Shown piece after piece: positions 1-13,369 of a DNA stretch of 64,000 nucleotides. Position 1 is the first letter of the stretch; every line of letters begins with the position of its first letter. Position numbers and translations under genes: made by a program. Below the pieces are notes generated by a model. That model saw only the letters and a list, made by a program, of their open reading frames with translations. It was not told the origin of the DNA and made no database searches. The stretch lies in NCBI GenBank assembly GCA_023515725.1, contig JALDTO010000235.1, positions 170,371 to 234,370 on the forward strand. Direction: 5' to 3'. Source of the stretch: Amoeboaphelidium protococcarum X5 (lineage: Eukaryota; Fungi; Aphelidiomycota).

Positions 1-1130
1 GTTCGATTGATATCAGTGTTGTTGTGTATTGCTTCGGCTGTGGTATTTTAATCATTGATGACGCTGTTGGAGCACTTGGGGACCGTTCTTTCGATTTACA
101 GCGATTACGCGCAATCCGGACATTATAATGACATTTGAGTCATTGTATTAGACAGATCTGATATCATACGATCATATACCACACAATGGGAACAAATACA
201 TGATGATGTCATTAATTGCTTTAGTCAGTTTATCTGGCTATTCGCGTTGTAAAAGAAAGAAGAGTAGTATGTTGCTGAAGATCTGATTACGGTAATTCAT
301 GGTTCGGATTAATGTAGAAGCAGTTGCAGAGAGATTATCGCACTACTGTTAATTTGGGATAGACGCGAAAACTCGTCCTTCGCCAACATTATGAATATGT
401 TGCATTTGGCTTAACGGTACAACAGTTATGATAGAAATGTCACTACAATGATTACGTGGGCAGATAATACCGGTAAATCACTAAGTATTGATAATAGTGT
501 AATTTCTACTGCAGTCATAAAGTCGACTATTCAAGAAATGCAGAACAACCTTACGCGTCTTATTGGACAGCTTACCTGTGGATATCATCTAGGCGCGATA
601 TAGACTGCCAGAGTAAAAGACACGAGTAGCTCGAAGCGTAATTATTGATTAAAATGATCATTTACTACAATTGCAGCGAGAATTGGTGCAGGAGATGATG
701 GGAAATAGACTGGCACGATTACGGAAACAATCATTTATTCTCTGTATAAGTGACTCTATATATCCAACGTTATCGGCAAAGTTGCGAAACATACACCAGA
801 CTATCTATTGCAAGTACAATCTGTAACTAATGACGAACGTGAAACTGTAATTTATTTAGTATTTGTTGACAAATCATCCTCAGGATATGTTGGATTCCGT
901 ACTATACCATGAATCCATCTGATGATCTTTTAAATGGTGCCACTCAGCGTTCTGTCCATCAAAACATGAATACTACTTAACTGATTGAGTTGATGCCACA
1001 GTGTTCGAGTAGAGTACCATACGATGGTTGCGTAAAACTGCTGTCATATGCATGAGCCTGGATTCTCTCGCACGTATTCTAACTTTGAGACGGTGAGAAG
1101 TATTTGCATGATGATATGGCAGTTCTGAAT
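1..1130 (+). pseudogene. Degraded coding relic, possibly mobile-element or telomere-linked-helicase related
   Basis: Frame 1 reads as protein-like (ITWADNTGKSLSIDNSVISTAVIKSTIQEMQ) but is broken by TGA stops (136-138, ~646) and frame changes. The family guess is weak. Confidence 0.25.
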
Positions 1131-2069
1131 GTTTTACGGATGCCATCCTTAGCAAGTTGTAAGAGAATAACATTTAAGCAGTATGCGGACTGACTGCACT
1201 AGATTCAATTATGCAATGACGGTCTACATGTAATGCTGGACTCATTAGTGAACAAGAAGAAGGTCTTTGCAGCCAAACCTTACGTCAAGAATTAGGATAT
1301 GAAGATTGGATAACTTTGACCCCTAGTACCAGCTGAATTGCACGTTATAAAGTTGTTTGAATTACTTCCAAAATATTATAAACAGTGACAATGGGAAAGA
1401 GTTTGTAAATAAAGTTGTTGTTCTGTTAAAGACTGTCTTTAAGTTCAAGATGGTGAATGGCAAGCCTTTCAATCCCTTGACTCGGGGTGTTGTGGAAATA
1501 TCATATAAGACTATTGATTAACAAGTATTGGGTCCTTTAAGAGTCTAGAGGACGAGAGTTTATATGGTCAGACAATTCAATGTTTGCCTCAGCTGTAATC
1601 GGACTGTGTGAGTGTAGAGATGTTCAGTATAAATTCAATTTGGCCTTGCTTTAGTGTAAATTCGTTACGATTTGCCTCTAGATCTTCTGTGCTAAAATTT
1701 TAGTTCAAAGCAATCCAATCTAGTCCTCAAAATGTAAAATTAGACTCACGTACTATTAAATATACTTGATATACTTTAAGAAGATAGAATGTAATTAGAC
1801 TGTAACAATTAAGTATTCATATAATTCAACTAAAAGTGTACCCGTCAAGTGATAATACTATGACTAATTCAGTTGTCGAGTGGACAGCGCGTAAAGTGCT
1901 CTCCCATAATGCAAAAGTAAGGTGATGCCAGCGCAATGCTGACCGTGATACCATTTTACTATGATACCTCCACTGTAACTGATTAGCCAACATACTTCTC
2001 CTTCAAAGACTTGGAAAGCTGCTAAATGACTTTCTTCAGTCCAAAATCAGCCAAGTTATTATATGGCTT

Positions 2070-2750
2070 TCACTGCGTATTCTTTGTAGAAATCACTTTA
2101 CCATTGCACTCGAGCCAGATTTTGACCGCTCCGCCTGTGTAGTAAACAACGAATATTCTTACGCCATAACTCATAGCATTCTGTGCGATATCCTTGAAAT
2201 CAATATAATCTAATGCTAACGCGAGCGCTACAGAAGACGACACTGTACCATAAACCTGACTCATTAATTCATTCTGCATCTCAAAATACTTTTTAACTTT
2301 CGACAGCAAAGAGGTGCATGCAGAGACTGGACTTTCTGGTAGTTGAATGTTAAAGAAGTCCAGCGCATTGACCAAACGTTCTTGGCCAGCAATATCCTCA
2401 TCAAAGTTAAAGAGCTGCAGCCTAGACGGTTCTGAAATCATTGACATGATCATATTAACATCGCTGGCATTAAATTGATCAGTATCGACATTCAAATCTA
2501 TGGGAGGGAGCGAAGATTTTTTAGAGGAACCTTCAAAGAGAGTCTCCGCCATCGTCAACAGTACATTGCCATGACCTAGCTATTTCAATGCATCGCCAGT
2601 GAATTAAAACTACTATGAGTCTCCTCCATCGCCGCAGTTGATAAAAGCAAATGCCGTTTTGTCAAAATGGGACCCTTTCAGCGAAGCATCAATGGTTAGA
2701 TCGGTTCCTTTGCCACCCGTCTACTCGTACTCGTTTTGCGGCACAGTCAT
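2070..2750 (-). CDS. BTB/POZ-like (KCTD-type) domain protein, 226 aa
   Basis: Table-6 ORF from ATG 2750 to TGA 2070. FINCGDGG..QFQFTGDALKQL..VLLTMAE and RLVNALDFFNIQLP resemble the ends of a BTB fold. Confidence 0.5.
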
Positions 2751-2961
2751 ACTAATTACGAGTACGAATTATTATAACCTGTAGAAGATTTTGATTTCAA
2801 TAAACAAAGATATATGATATGAACAAAATCTAGTGTATATATTCACACGGAAGATATAAATGCGGATGATTACATTTTAAATACGCGTCTAATCTTCTAC
2901 TATAACTTTATCAATAAAAAAAATTCAACAATACAATACAAAACTTATATTCATCAACAGA

Positions 2962-3945
2962 TCACTTTCTCTTAGGTGGCGGAGGAGGAGGAACTTGGCT
3001 GTACTGCCTTCCTCGGGATGGAAGCAAGCTTTATGGCTCACGAGATTTAGCCTATACTCTCTCCACGTCTGCCTACTCAATAGATTTCTACTATTCAGCA
3101 TCACCAACACCTTAGGCAAAGTATTCGTTCAAATCTTATTCGCTCCTACTCTAAGAGAGTATGGACTACACAGCTGGAAGTTGTTAATTCTCAACGAGAT
3201 GCTTAACAAATCGAGCTTGAATCTGCGCCAAATCATTCTACTCATCTTCTTCATCCAACACGTCATCAGGTGCCCATTTGACTATAATGACTTCCTTCAA
3301 ATCCAAAGATTGTTCTTACATGGCTTCCTTGGCAAATTCAGCATTCAATCTACAAGAGAATTTCACAATCGCAGCCTGTTTATGAGGAAGCGATTTAATC
3401 TTGACAATGTCTCCGTATTAACTGAAATTCTTCCGGATGACGCGCTCATAATCGTCAGCATCATATGCACCAAGCCGCAACACAGTCAGAGCGCGACACT
3501 CCCTCTCAAATGATCCAACGCCCATATAATCCTGACGGTCAGCCTTGTGCTTCTACCGACCAAAACAATCAAATGTCCTCTCTATATACTCCTCATCTTC
3601 TTAAGTTGGCACTCGATGCAGATACCGACATTACCATCCTTTGCCACACTGACCTTTGGCAAAGTAGATACAGAAAAATGCATCCCTGGCACCATTCAAA
3701 TCTGCCTTGGTCAGTCCTGAATCCTTCGCAGGATTGCATCTGGTAATAGCTTTTTAATCAGGATTAGCCAGACCGCCATACTTATCTTTACCTTCAGTGT
3801 ACCATTTATCGAACCAGACATTATACAGCGACGCATCTCCCAGATTAATAGGCAACTATCTCTGCTTCGACGCCATGTCTTCAAAAGAAATCTGCAGCGG
3901 TGCTTTATGTCGATACTTTGGCCTCTACTTAAATCTTTCAGGCAT
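2962..3945 (-). CDS. CWC2: Pre-mRNA splicing factor Cwc2 (torus/CCCH + RRM), 327 aa
   Basis: YNVWFDKW, TRCNPAKDSGLTKAD, FCIYFAKGQCGKGWQCRYLHRVP, DCFGRQKH, MGVGSF. Continuous in table 6. Confidence 0.92.
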
Positions 3946-4188
3946 AATTATTAATTCCTAATTCTTATCCGTAATCGATGTCATTCTCTAACTATAAATT
4001 TAAATGTATTAATGAATTGCAAATACAGAGACTATTGAGGGATAATCGCAATGATCAAAGGAGGACAAAGCTCGTTTTCCAGTCTAAAAGGAAAAGGAAA
4101 GAGAAAGCGTGTCAGGGATCTAAGAAACGCGCATTTCCAACAAATCATTTGACAAACGCAGTATTAATAGAAAATTGAATGAAATTAA

Positions 4189-4996
4189 TCATCCTTTACG
4201 ATAAGTCAATGTGTAGAAATGTACAGTCTACCGCACATCGACATCGCCAGGGTCTTCAGTGAACATCTCAGGCATCTTGACTTGCGTGTAATCAGCAATT
4301 GTGAAACGGAATTCGTCAGACTGAGCGAGCGCGATAAATTCCATGTCCCGATCGGCCAGCCACGGACGGTGATGAGTGAACGCACACAGTACAATTCCTC
4401 CCTTGTTCTACAGTGCTCTCTGACACGACACGAGCATATTCCGATGCTGATTATGATTGAATATGAGATCACACAGAATTACAACATCAAACGTACCATC
4501 CAGCCACACCTCATCTTTTCCCCACAAATGTCCAGTAACTTAATATTACCCAGTGTTTACTTTAAGATTAGATTAAACATTCTCCGACAATTGCTGAATC
4601 AGTTCAATGTCCGGGTAATCAGTCACAACAACTGACGACGCGTTGTTCAAAGCAGATACAATGGACGGGAATGCCGCACCAGCGCCGAGTTCCAGCACTT
4701 TTTGGCCTCGCACCACATTCGGATTACTATCAATGTATTTAGCCATATGAATTCCAGCATTCCAAGCATAATGCGCCCACAAGCTGTGATATCCGACGAG
4801 ACTGACCACCAGCTGCGATCCATCAAATCGATCAAAAACACTTCGCTTTGCCTTTGGACTCTCTGGTCTAAAATCGGCAGGCTCCTACATAATATTATTT
4901 TTAATCAGAATAATAACCATCAACGCATTATGATATTCAACTAATAATTACCTAAAACATATCATTGAGACTTTCCAACTGATCGTCTTACGTCAT
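4189..4996 (-). CDS. EFM7: Protein N-terminal/lysine methyltransferase Efm7/Nnt1; intron 4885-4951
   Basis: LVGYHSLWAHYAWNAG, VLELGAGAAFPSIV, VVVTDYPD. A GT-AG intron of 67 nt joins MFQ to EPADFRP. Confidence 0.88.
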
Positions 4997-5135
4997 TGTG
5001 CCTTTGCGTTTTACTTTTTCGTTTTCTTCTCTCTTTTGTTCAAGTTCAGAATAGAATAGAATAATTTTTGAACATATTTTATTATCTGCTTTATTAATAC
5101 TATCATTTGAGAATATTATAACAAGAGTATAAGAT

Positions 5136-8100
5136 ATGGGAAGAGATAAGAGTACAGCTGTTTAGTAAAAGAAAAATGTTGTAAGTTCTGATAGTTCCCG
5201 GGCTGCTGAACTGCTTGGTGGTAATGTTGCTAATATCAACGTATTTACTGGGTTTAGTGCATTCAGTCAGTAGAGTGGTGCCAGTTCCATCTCTGCCTCT
5301 AATCTCGTAGACTCTCAATATGATTAATTAAAGCCAGAGTTATCCGTTTTATTAAAGAAGTTGTCTAAGCGTGATTCGATCACAAAGCAAAAGGCTGTCG
5401 ATGAACTGAATGTAATGGTTGATTCACTGACGGATGAAGAAGTTTTATCTCTTATGCCAGTCTGGCCAAACGTCTACTACAAGTTGAGTATCGATTCAGA
5501 TAGAAAGATTCGACTGTCTATCAACTAGATACACGCGTCTCTTGTCTTGCGACTCAAGAGTAAAGTCGGTCCTCAGTTGAGAGATCTGATGGGCCCATCG
5601 CTTAATTCCACATTTGACTTGAATCGTGAGGTGGCAGCGGTTGCATCAAAGGCTCTTCACGAACTGTTTCCTACCCATGAGAAACTTTAGAATGCATTGT
5701 TATTTACCATGGAGTAGATTTCACAATACACTGTTGATCATTTACTGGTGAAGACGGAGCAGACTATCAGTGATCCACGTTACATGTCAGTGGAGGAAAT
5801 AGCCAGTAGATATTCTCATGTGGTGAGCGGATGTCTTAAAAGTATATCTTATTTACTTGAATATTCAGAGTCTGTTAGATCAAAATGTCTGTAGAGTCCA
5901 CTACTGTTGAATTAACTAGTGGTAAATGATAAGCTCTGGAATAAGTTGGTTCATTCAGATCCTTATATCAGATCTGCTGCGTATCAATTACTTTGTACTA
6001 TGGCTACAGTTAAAGCTGATTTGGTTCTTTAACAATCTGAATATGTTCAAAAGTATTTTATCAAGAATTTATTCGCCGATAAAGATGTATTGACGCACAA
6101 AGAGATGTGGGATGCAGTGTTGATGGTGAATAAGCATTGCGCATCCTTGTATGGTGATGGTAAGATGGACAAGTAGATTGCTAAATAGTTTCTCACGTTC
6201 GTAAGACAGTGCTGCTATGGATCTGTTCAGCTATCCTTTCCATGTCTTGTGGTTTATATCGCGACAGTGCCGTTGACATCTCTTAAGAGGTTGATATCTG
6301 CAGATTTTGCGAATCAGATTTGGGCCAGTTTAAGTTCTGAGCATTTGAATTTACGCAACTTTAAATATTTTGTGGATGCTTACGCCGATTATATTGTATT
6401 TATGAATAGCGATCAGCCTGAAGCCGTTCCGTAATTGCTATAGAATGCGTAGTCTCTTTCTCTTTGTCCTCATTAATGGAAGCATTTGGCTGACAAGTTG
6501 GATGCGAAATATCTATCTACCAAGATGTGGTCGATACTATTTCGTTTTAATCGCGTTCAGGATATAGTTTGCGATAATGTTTAAACTTTGATTTGCGAAA
6601 ATAGGGATTTTGCGTCTGGAAATTTACTATCTCCTGATGAATTTGCTGCTGTTGTCGATAGAGTTATCGTTTTTGTGGAATGTTGCGAAGATGCTTCAGT
6701 GTAGCGGAGTATTTACACTGATGCTGTGAGTAATGTGATTGTTGGTGCTAAAGAAGCGAATAATTTTTCTAAATCCTATCTGAAGTTGCTGCTCAAGATG
6801 GTGAATTCGGATGTAACTCTAGCCAATGATAGGTCTATATTTGCTGATATTATTAAAGCGAACATTAAAGATCCGAATAACACTGATTTACTGGCCAAGT
6901 TGACTAGTTTAATAATGTAGAAATTTGATGCAAAATCTATTTTAGACGAGGTGCTTTCTGTAGTTGACATTGAGAGTCATTTGCTATTCCTTGTGCAAGT
7001 TATGGAGGAAACAAAAGATTTGTAGATGGTGCATTCCGAACACGTCGTTAAATATGGCCTGGAATTAGCTAAAGCTATGGAGTGGAATGATATTCAGTAA
7101 CGCTTTCTATTATCTTTATTATTACGCGGTAATAGCATAATGAATGTAGAAGAATACTAGAAATTGACAGACAGAGTGGCAGAATCTCTCCTTAAGCATG
7201 CAGATTCTATTATGCAACAGTAGTAGATCTTAGACGCTGTTCCTTTGACTCTTGTTGATCAGTGTTGGACATAGAACGGTTTACCTTAGAATTTGAAATG
7301 CTCTCTGCTTGTTGTTCATTAAGCTCTATTGACTCATGATGATAAGTTTATTGGAAAGATCAGCTGGTCTATGAGCTCCGACTTCATTAGTAAGTTGTTT
7401 GATGTGCTTCATGCCCGTTTGGCTGATGGCTTTGGATATTGGCCTGTTCAATCTCTTTGCGATATCATGATTGATGGTCTGAAAGTTGTAAATTAGGACT
7501 TTATTCTTAAGCTTGTATAGGATGAGAAAATACTATTTAAGCTGTAATCTATAGCTGATAATATTTCTGTACGATTGCCTGAACAGTAGCAGGTCAGCTT
7601 GCTGTACGATTCGCAATATGACACTCAACTGCCGCAGCAACCTTCGTATTATGCTGATGATTCATTGTCAGTGGTTGGCCGTTAAATAATGTTATATCTG
7701 ACTCTGATCTCCTGCTTGAAGGATGGTGAATTGAAGTTGGAGTTTGCTCAAGATTTGTTGAAGATATCGGTACAACTGGTACACCGTATTCAAGTGCTGG
7801 ATATGGTCAATATGGCGCAAGTCTTGAAGTCTAGTGATAATGACGGGCGCCAGAATAATGTATATGCAAAGTATGAGAAGTTGCTTGGTGATATTTGTTC
7901 TACATGCTGTGTCGTTTTGTTTAAGAAAGCAGAGCAGATTAGCGATGTAGTTGACTGGATGCAGGTGGTGTTTGATAGTCTCGTTGAGCTCTATGCTGCT
8001 GCTTGTATATTGTCGTTGAACAGTTCTGAAGATAGGTTGCAACTTATTGTGGATTATTTGGTTTAGAAAGCTGACATCTCTTTGAAAGATGCAACTGTCA

Positions 8101-9845
8101 TAGTAGCGTTGAAATCAATGACTAATAAGTCTATATTGAATTCGCGCTTGTTGGAATGGATGGAAAATTTACAAATGCCCAACGTGGATTAGCTAAGAAC
8201 TATAAACCTTCTATTAAATGCCAAGGAAACTTCTTATCAATTAACGGGCACTAGAGATGTCGACGCGGATCTACTAATGTTAAGTCTTCCCACATTATTC
8301 CAGATTAATGAGCTCGATATTGTGTTCCCTGAGGTGGAATCTATTTTGATGAAGATTTAAATCTTGACTGCTGCGGCTGATGATCTATTAGAGTAGCAGT
8401 GTGAGAGGATTCTATTTTACTCTAGGAATCTGTTAACATCATTCCTCGATATGGGAAGGCATTACATGTATTTGAATTTGGAGTTGTTTAGCATTTTGAT
8501 GGATAAGGCTTACATATTCGAACCATATCCTCAGTAGTTGGAGATCTGGGAATCGTTGATATAGGGAATGTCTAATGAAGTAGTAAGCATATTCCTCGAG
8601 ATGCACAGTTACGATCAGTTGAAGGGAATTTACTTGTCAGCGTTGCATAATCTGGTGGCTCAGATTGTTGCCAAACTTCCGCTTACTGCAATTAAAAGAG
8701 AGTGGCCGTACGAGCAAATTTTGAAGTTGATATCTGGCAGTAATCCTTTTGTGCAAAAGAGTTCATATCTTTTGCTAAGGCAGCTTACTTATGAGCAGGT
8801 GGAGGCCATGTCTTAAGCAGTGGAACTCTCGTCTAATGAATAGTTGGATGAAGCTTAGAAACCGCAGCTTCCTCAAGAGTTAATAAACCTTGTCAGTGAT
8901 ATTCCTTAGTCACTTTTGGATCGCGTTGATGTCGGTAGTTAGCCTCTATCTGAGAATCCGGATCTATTTGCCTTCTTGTTATTGTGGATGCTTCTTATGG
9001 ATAATCTAGAGCATGCGAACTTTAAGCTCAAAGCGGCTTATGCTGAGCATTTGCGGGATTCTGCTGGACTGATCAATGTGCTCATGGCGTGTTGTTGTCA
9101 TGTATTATTTATTGGAGAGTCTAGCGTGACGAGGAAGTAATTGGATTTCCACAAATATCAGTTTGATGAGCTTGCAATAGAGCATCTGGATAGTGACAGT
9201 TCTGTGACTACTCAAGTATTGACAGCTAGCTTGCTCTCTCGCGCCTTGAAAAGTATACCATCAGTTGTGAGAGGATGGCATTACGATAATAATGATCGAT
9301 AGCTAAGTATTGCATTTACAGAATTTATCAGATAGTACGTGTGTCCACTCATAGTAGAGCAGGAGCTATCTGTTCTGTCATCATTGGGAAAGACTAATGC
9401 GATGGAGAACTTTTAAGTGATGACCCAAAAGAGTTCCGAGGGGAGTGCAGTGAATGCAAAGTACAAGATTGACGATAACAATCTGGAAATGGTCATTGAA
9501 ATTCCTCCTATCTATCCGATAGCGCAAGTGAAATTAAACGGCGTGACGCGTGTCGGAATCACTGAGGAGCGATGGAGAAGGTGGTTGTTGAATGTGAACA
9601 CTGTAATGTCATCCTAGAATGGCTCACTTCTGGATGGACTGATGGTTTTCAAGAATGAAGCCGACAAGCATTTCAGTGGCGTTGAAGATTGCGCCATCTG
9701 CTACTGTGTAATCGGCTCTCTAGATCGCGCTCTGCCCACCAAGCGCTGCAAGACTTGTAAGAACAAGTTCCATCCGGCCTGTCTGTCCAAGTGGTTCAAA
9801 ACTAGCGGTAATTCCACCTGTCCACTCTGCAGAGGAACCTTTTGA
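5136..9845 (+). CDS. LTN1: E3 ubiquitin ligase listerin (ribosome quality control), 1569 aa
   Basis: N-terminal SSRAAELL and [14 protein letters not shown]; C-terminal RWD-like region and RING ([40 protein letters not shown]). All ORF-track fragments share one frame and are separated by TAA/TAG. Confidence 0.95.
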
Positions 9846-10081
9846 TCATTACGATAAAAAACTATAGACTAACTAATAAAGACTTTTTAATTTTTTCTTA
9901 CGGATCTTGTGTTCAATAATACTAAATCAAATCATATGCAACCTTCCTTCTTTGTATTGCTCATTCAGTCTTTACGATCATCGCCGTGAGATTTTGAAAT
10001 TTCTTCTTTGGAATCGATCAGTTTCAACCTTCATCTCAATTGAGAGACATCGTAAACATCTGTCTGTTTTTATTGGTAATA

Positions 10082-11374
10082 ATGTCAAGTGGTAGTGGAG
10101 GTAATTCTTAATACTAAGCCAAGCATCAGTCTCTGTATATTTAATCTAATAGTAGTAATACAAATTCTGGTTTTATTGCTGCACTTCCCAGAAAGACTTC
10201 TGCTCCAGATTTGAATAAACCTGCATCAGTCTCCAATAAATTAAAGTCCACAGCTGTCCTGCCATCCAGTAATAGTTCAACTAATCAACTCATTAATTCT
10301 TCGTCTCTGTTTGGTACCTCTATGATGCAGTAGAAATTGGACCAGATACACTCATTGTAGAATGTATCCTAGTAGTCATAGTATCAGCAGCGATTAAGCC
10401 CTGAAGAAGTATCTGCTATCTGGTCAGAGATTGAACTCAAGGTTATGCCTCTATACAATGGTGAAGGATTAAAGTGTCCAATTGAGGACTTGAATTTGCA
10501 GGTGCGGAAATTGATTAATCCAACGTATGAATCTGTATATCATCTGGTTGACTTGATATATAATTTGATCAAGATTGGTGCCAAACAGTTGAGTAATAGA
10601 TTAAAGTTGACCATTTCTAGCTCTCAATTGAACGCTGGTAATTTATCCATCACCTCTCCGACTAGCACTAGTAACAGTAACAGTAACAATAATAATAACA
10701 GTACGGGATCATCAAGTTAATTACTGGATGATGTCAAACTCGCCACTAGAGTTATTGAAATTTGGACATTCTACTTGCAGTCAATAGTTCCGTATGTAAA
10801 AGGATGCTTTCTACCACTATCTGTTAGAATAGAAGAGATTCTATTCAGTTCAGATGAGTATGATCATTTTGATGATGATCTCCAAGTGCGCGAAGATAAT
10901 CTTGAGGGTGGACAAGTGTTAAAGTAGAAGAAGCATCAATATCAGTAATAGCTAGACGTGTTTAGAAAGAAGTTTGATAATTTCTCGATATAAAATCTGT
11001 TAATGAAGGCGTATAGAGACTAGATTGTATTACCTAATATTGATAGAATTACGGAGGCTTGTGTGAAGGCTTTGTCTGATGCAGAAGATGCTAAACGCTC
11101 CCCTGATGCATTCCCAAAGATGCTCTAAATGTTGACTATTCTGCTCACTGTTTAGGATGATGATACTACAGGTGGTAGGGATGATGTTGATGAGGATAAT
11201 AATGTAGTAAATTATAGTGGTGTCGATAATGATTATAATAATAATGAATCTGGTGCCCAGCAGCGGTAAATCTAGCAGTGTTTGAGCAAGCTCAAAGTCG
11301 AGGCTAGTAAGTACGGACGCAATCCTCACGTTAACTATTCTGAAGATAAACTGAACTAATCCAGCTTGTTATGA
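10082..11374 (+). CDS. HbrB-family protein (TORC2 subunit Bit61/Protor-like), 430 aa
   Basis: IWSEIELKVMPLYNGEGLKCPIEDLN, RVIEIWTFYLQSIVPYVKGCFLPL, AYRDQIVLP, KMLQMLTIL. Confidence 0.78.
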
Positions 11375-11630
11375 TACTTTATGAGTTTGAGTAACATGAA
11401 TAAGTGTCTCTCTTGAATACCTCCTTTCTGTATTTTAATAACCTGTTTGCCTTTTGATCTTTTAGTTTCTCTCTCTCTCTTTCATCTTTGTTATTGATGA
11501 TAGAACCGTTAATTAATACTGCACTTTGGCTGGAATAAACCGCTTTATTGACATCGATTAATCAAGATTTACTTTATTTTAACTAATAAACTCTATATCC
11601 TGTTTGAGCATAATTATCGAGAGAGTAACA

Positions 11631-11937
11631 ATGATCAATTCGCTGTTGAAAGTTGCCAAGAGTATCGATGAAGAGATGAGCAATTCCATAAAGGACAAGA
11701 ATTCTGCTTCATAAACTTCTTAGGTGTAATCATCATCTTCTCCATCCAAACTGGCGCCCATTGCATACTCAAGAAATGAAAATAATAATAATAATAATGA
11801 TAAGGGTGATGTCTCTGTAATATAAAGTCAAGATGTTTAAAGTACATAGTAGATTAGAGGTGGCAGTTCCGCAGAGGATAGTAGTAGCAATAATAAGATG
11901 ATATCTTCATCTAAAACTTCCAACTCTGCTGATAATA

Positions 11938-11978
<41 letters not shown>

Positions 11979-13274
11979 TCCACTGCAAGTACTCATCATG
12001 ATTTGAAAGCTCAAGTTGTCAATTTATAATCTCTGTGTGATTAGTATTAGAATGATATTGCGCAGATGAGTCGAATCAACTCGGAGAAGATTGCCAAGGT
12101 GAAGTAGGTGCTTGCTGCCAATTAGAAGACTATTGCTGATTTAAAAGAGTAGGTTTCGGTCAAGAATCAGGAATTGAATCAAGTCAATGGTAAGTATTAG
12201 CAGTTGGAAAAGGACTTGAGTGATAATCGTGCTCTTGTCAATTAATTACAATCCCAGCTTGATTACTCTAAATAGTAGACTGTGATGAGAGATCAGGAGA
12301 TTGAGTAGACAATTCTAGAGTTGAATAATCGTATTCAGAGTTTACAGGCGGAGTATTAGACTTATAAGAAATAGGCGCAGGCTTTGATACAGTAGAACTA
12401 ATCTCAGTCTGGATCTGCAGATTCTGAAGCTTAATAAATATTGGTAATTCAAGAGTTGGAATTGCAGATGGATAATCTTCATGATGAAAATACACAATTG
12501 TCATCAAAGTTGAAGAGGCAAGATGTTAAGTTGAATGAATAGAAGCTCAGTTTAGAGTAAATGCGGTAATAGTTGATGGATAGAGAGTAAAATAACAATG
12601 CTTTGTAAAAGTAGTTGACAAGTAAAGATAAGTAATTGGTCGATTTGAACCATTTGCTTAGTAGTACTTAGTAGTCTTTTGATGACTAAAGCAGAAAAGT
12701 CAAAGAACTTCAGATTTTGAATGAATAATATTTAAAGTCTATCAGGGATTAAGATTAAAAGATTAATGTCCTAAAGTAGGAGAATGTGGAAGAAGTATAA
12801 CGATTGCGGTTCGAAATTGAGTCAAAGCACTCTACTTAAGTGCAGTAACTGACTGATAAAATTAGAGAGCTTGAAATCCAAGTGCAGACAAGTTAGCGGA
12901 AATCATCATAGTCTTCACTGCGTGATTAGAACTCTCCTGGTACTCTTAATTCTCCTTTGGAATAGTTAAAACTAGGCGGTAATATGTTAGTTGACGCAGA
13001 TGAGGTTAATCATCTTCGTACTTAGATGACATTCCTCCAATAAGAGTTGAGGAAACTGGAAGAGTTTAAATCTAGACCGGAAGTGGTGAACACGGAGTAT
13101 CTAAAGACTGTAATCTTGAAGTTTGCTGAAGATCCCAATGAGTCGCTAGTTTAGGTGTTGACTAAAATATTGCTTCTCCAACCTGCGGAGATGTAGAAAT
13201 TGAGATAATCAGTAGCTCGGCGATAAGGTTCAGTGGATATATGGTCATACCTACCCTCTCTCACACAACAATGA
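11631..13274 (+). CDS. Coiled-coil golgin with C-terminal GRIP domain, 547 aa
   Basis: Long Q/E/K heptad region followed by VNTEYLKTVILKF..LVQVLTKILLLQPAE. Confidence 0.82.
11943..11978 (+). repeat. (AAT)n microsatellite encoding poly-Asn in the golgin
   Basis: About 12 tandem AAT units, in frame. Confidence 0.9.
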
Positions 13275-13369
13275 TGAGCATAGTATTTAATAAACGGAAT
13301 AGAATCAAATATTTATTAGCGACCTTCTATCTGCTGCAAATCAAATTACTTTCATGACGATAATAATAT

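Noticed and set aside
1869-2069. Open frame continuing 66 codons past the BTB gene's TGA (readthrough or selenocysteine)
   Set aside because: With only one stop codon, such runs are common by chance, and no SECIS or homology is evident.
2995-3746. Plus-strand ORFs of 172 and 93 aa, and similar antisense ORFs such as 4219-4635, 60748-61290 and 63347-63940
   Set aside because: They are shadows of well-supported genes on the opposite strand and have no recognisable motifs.
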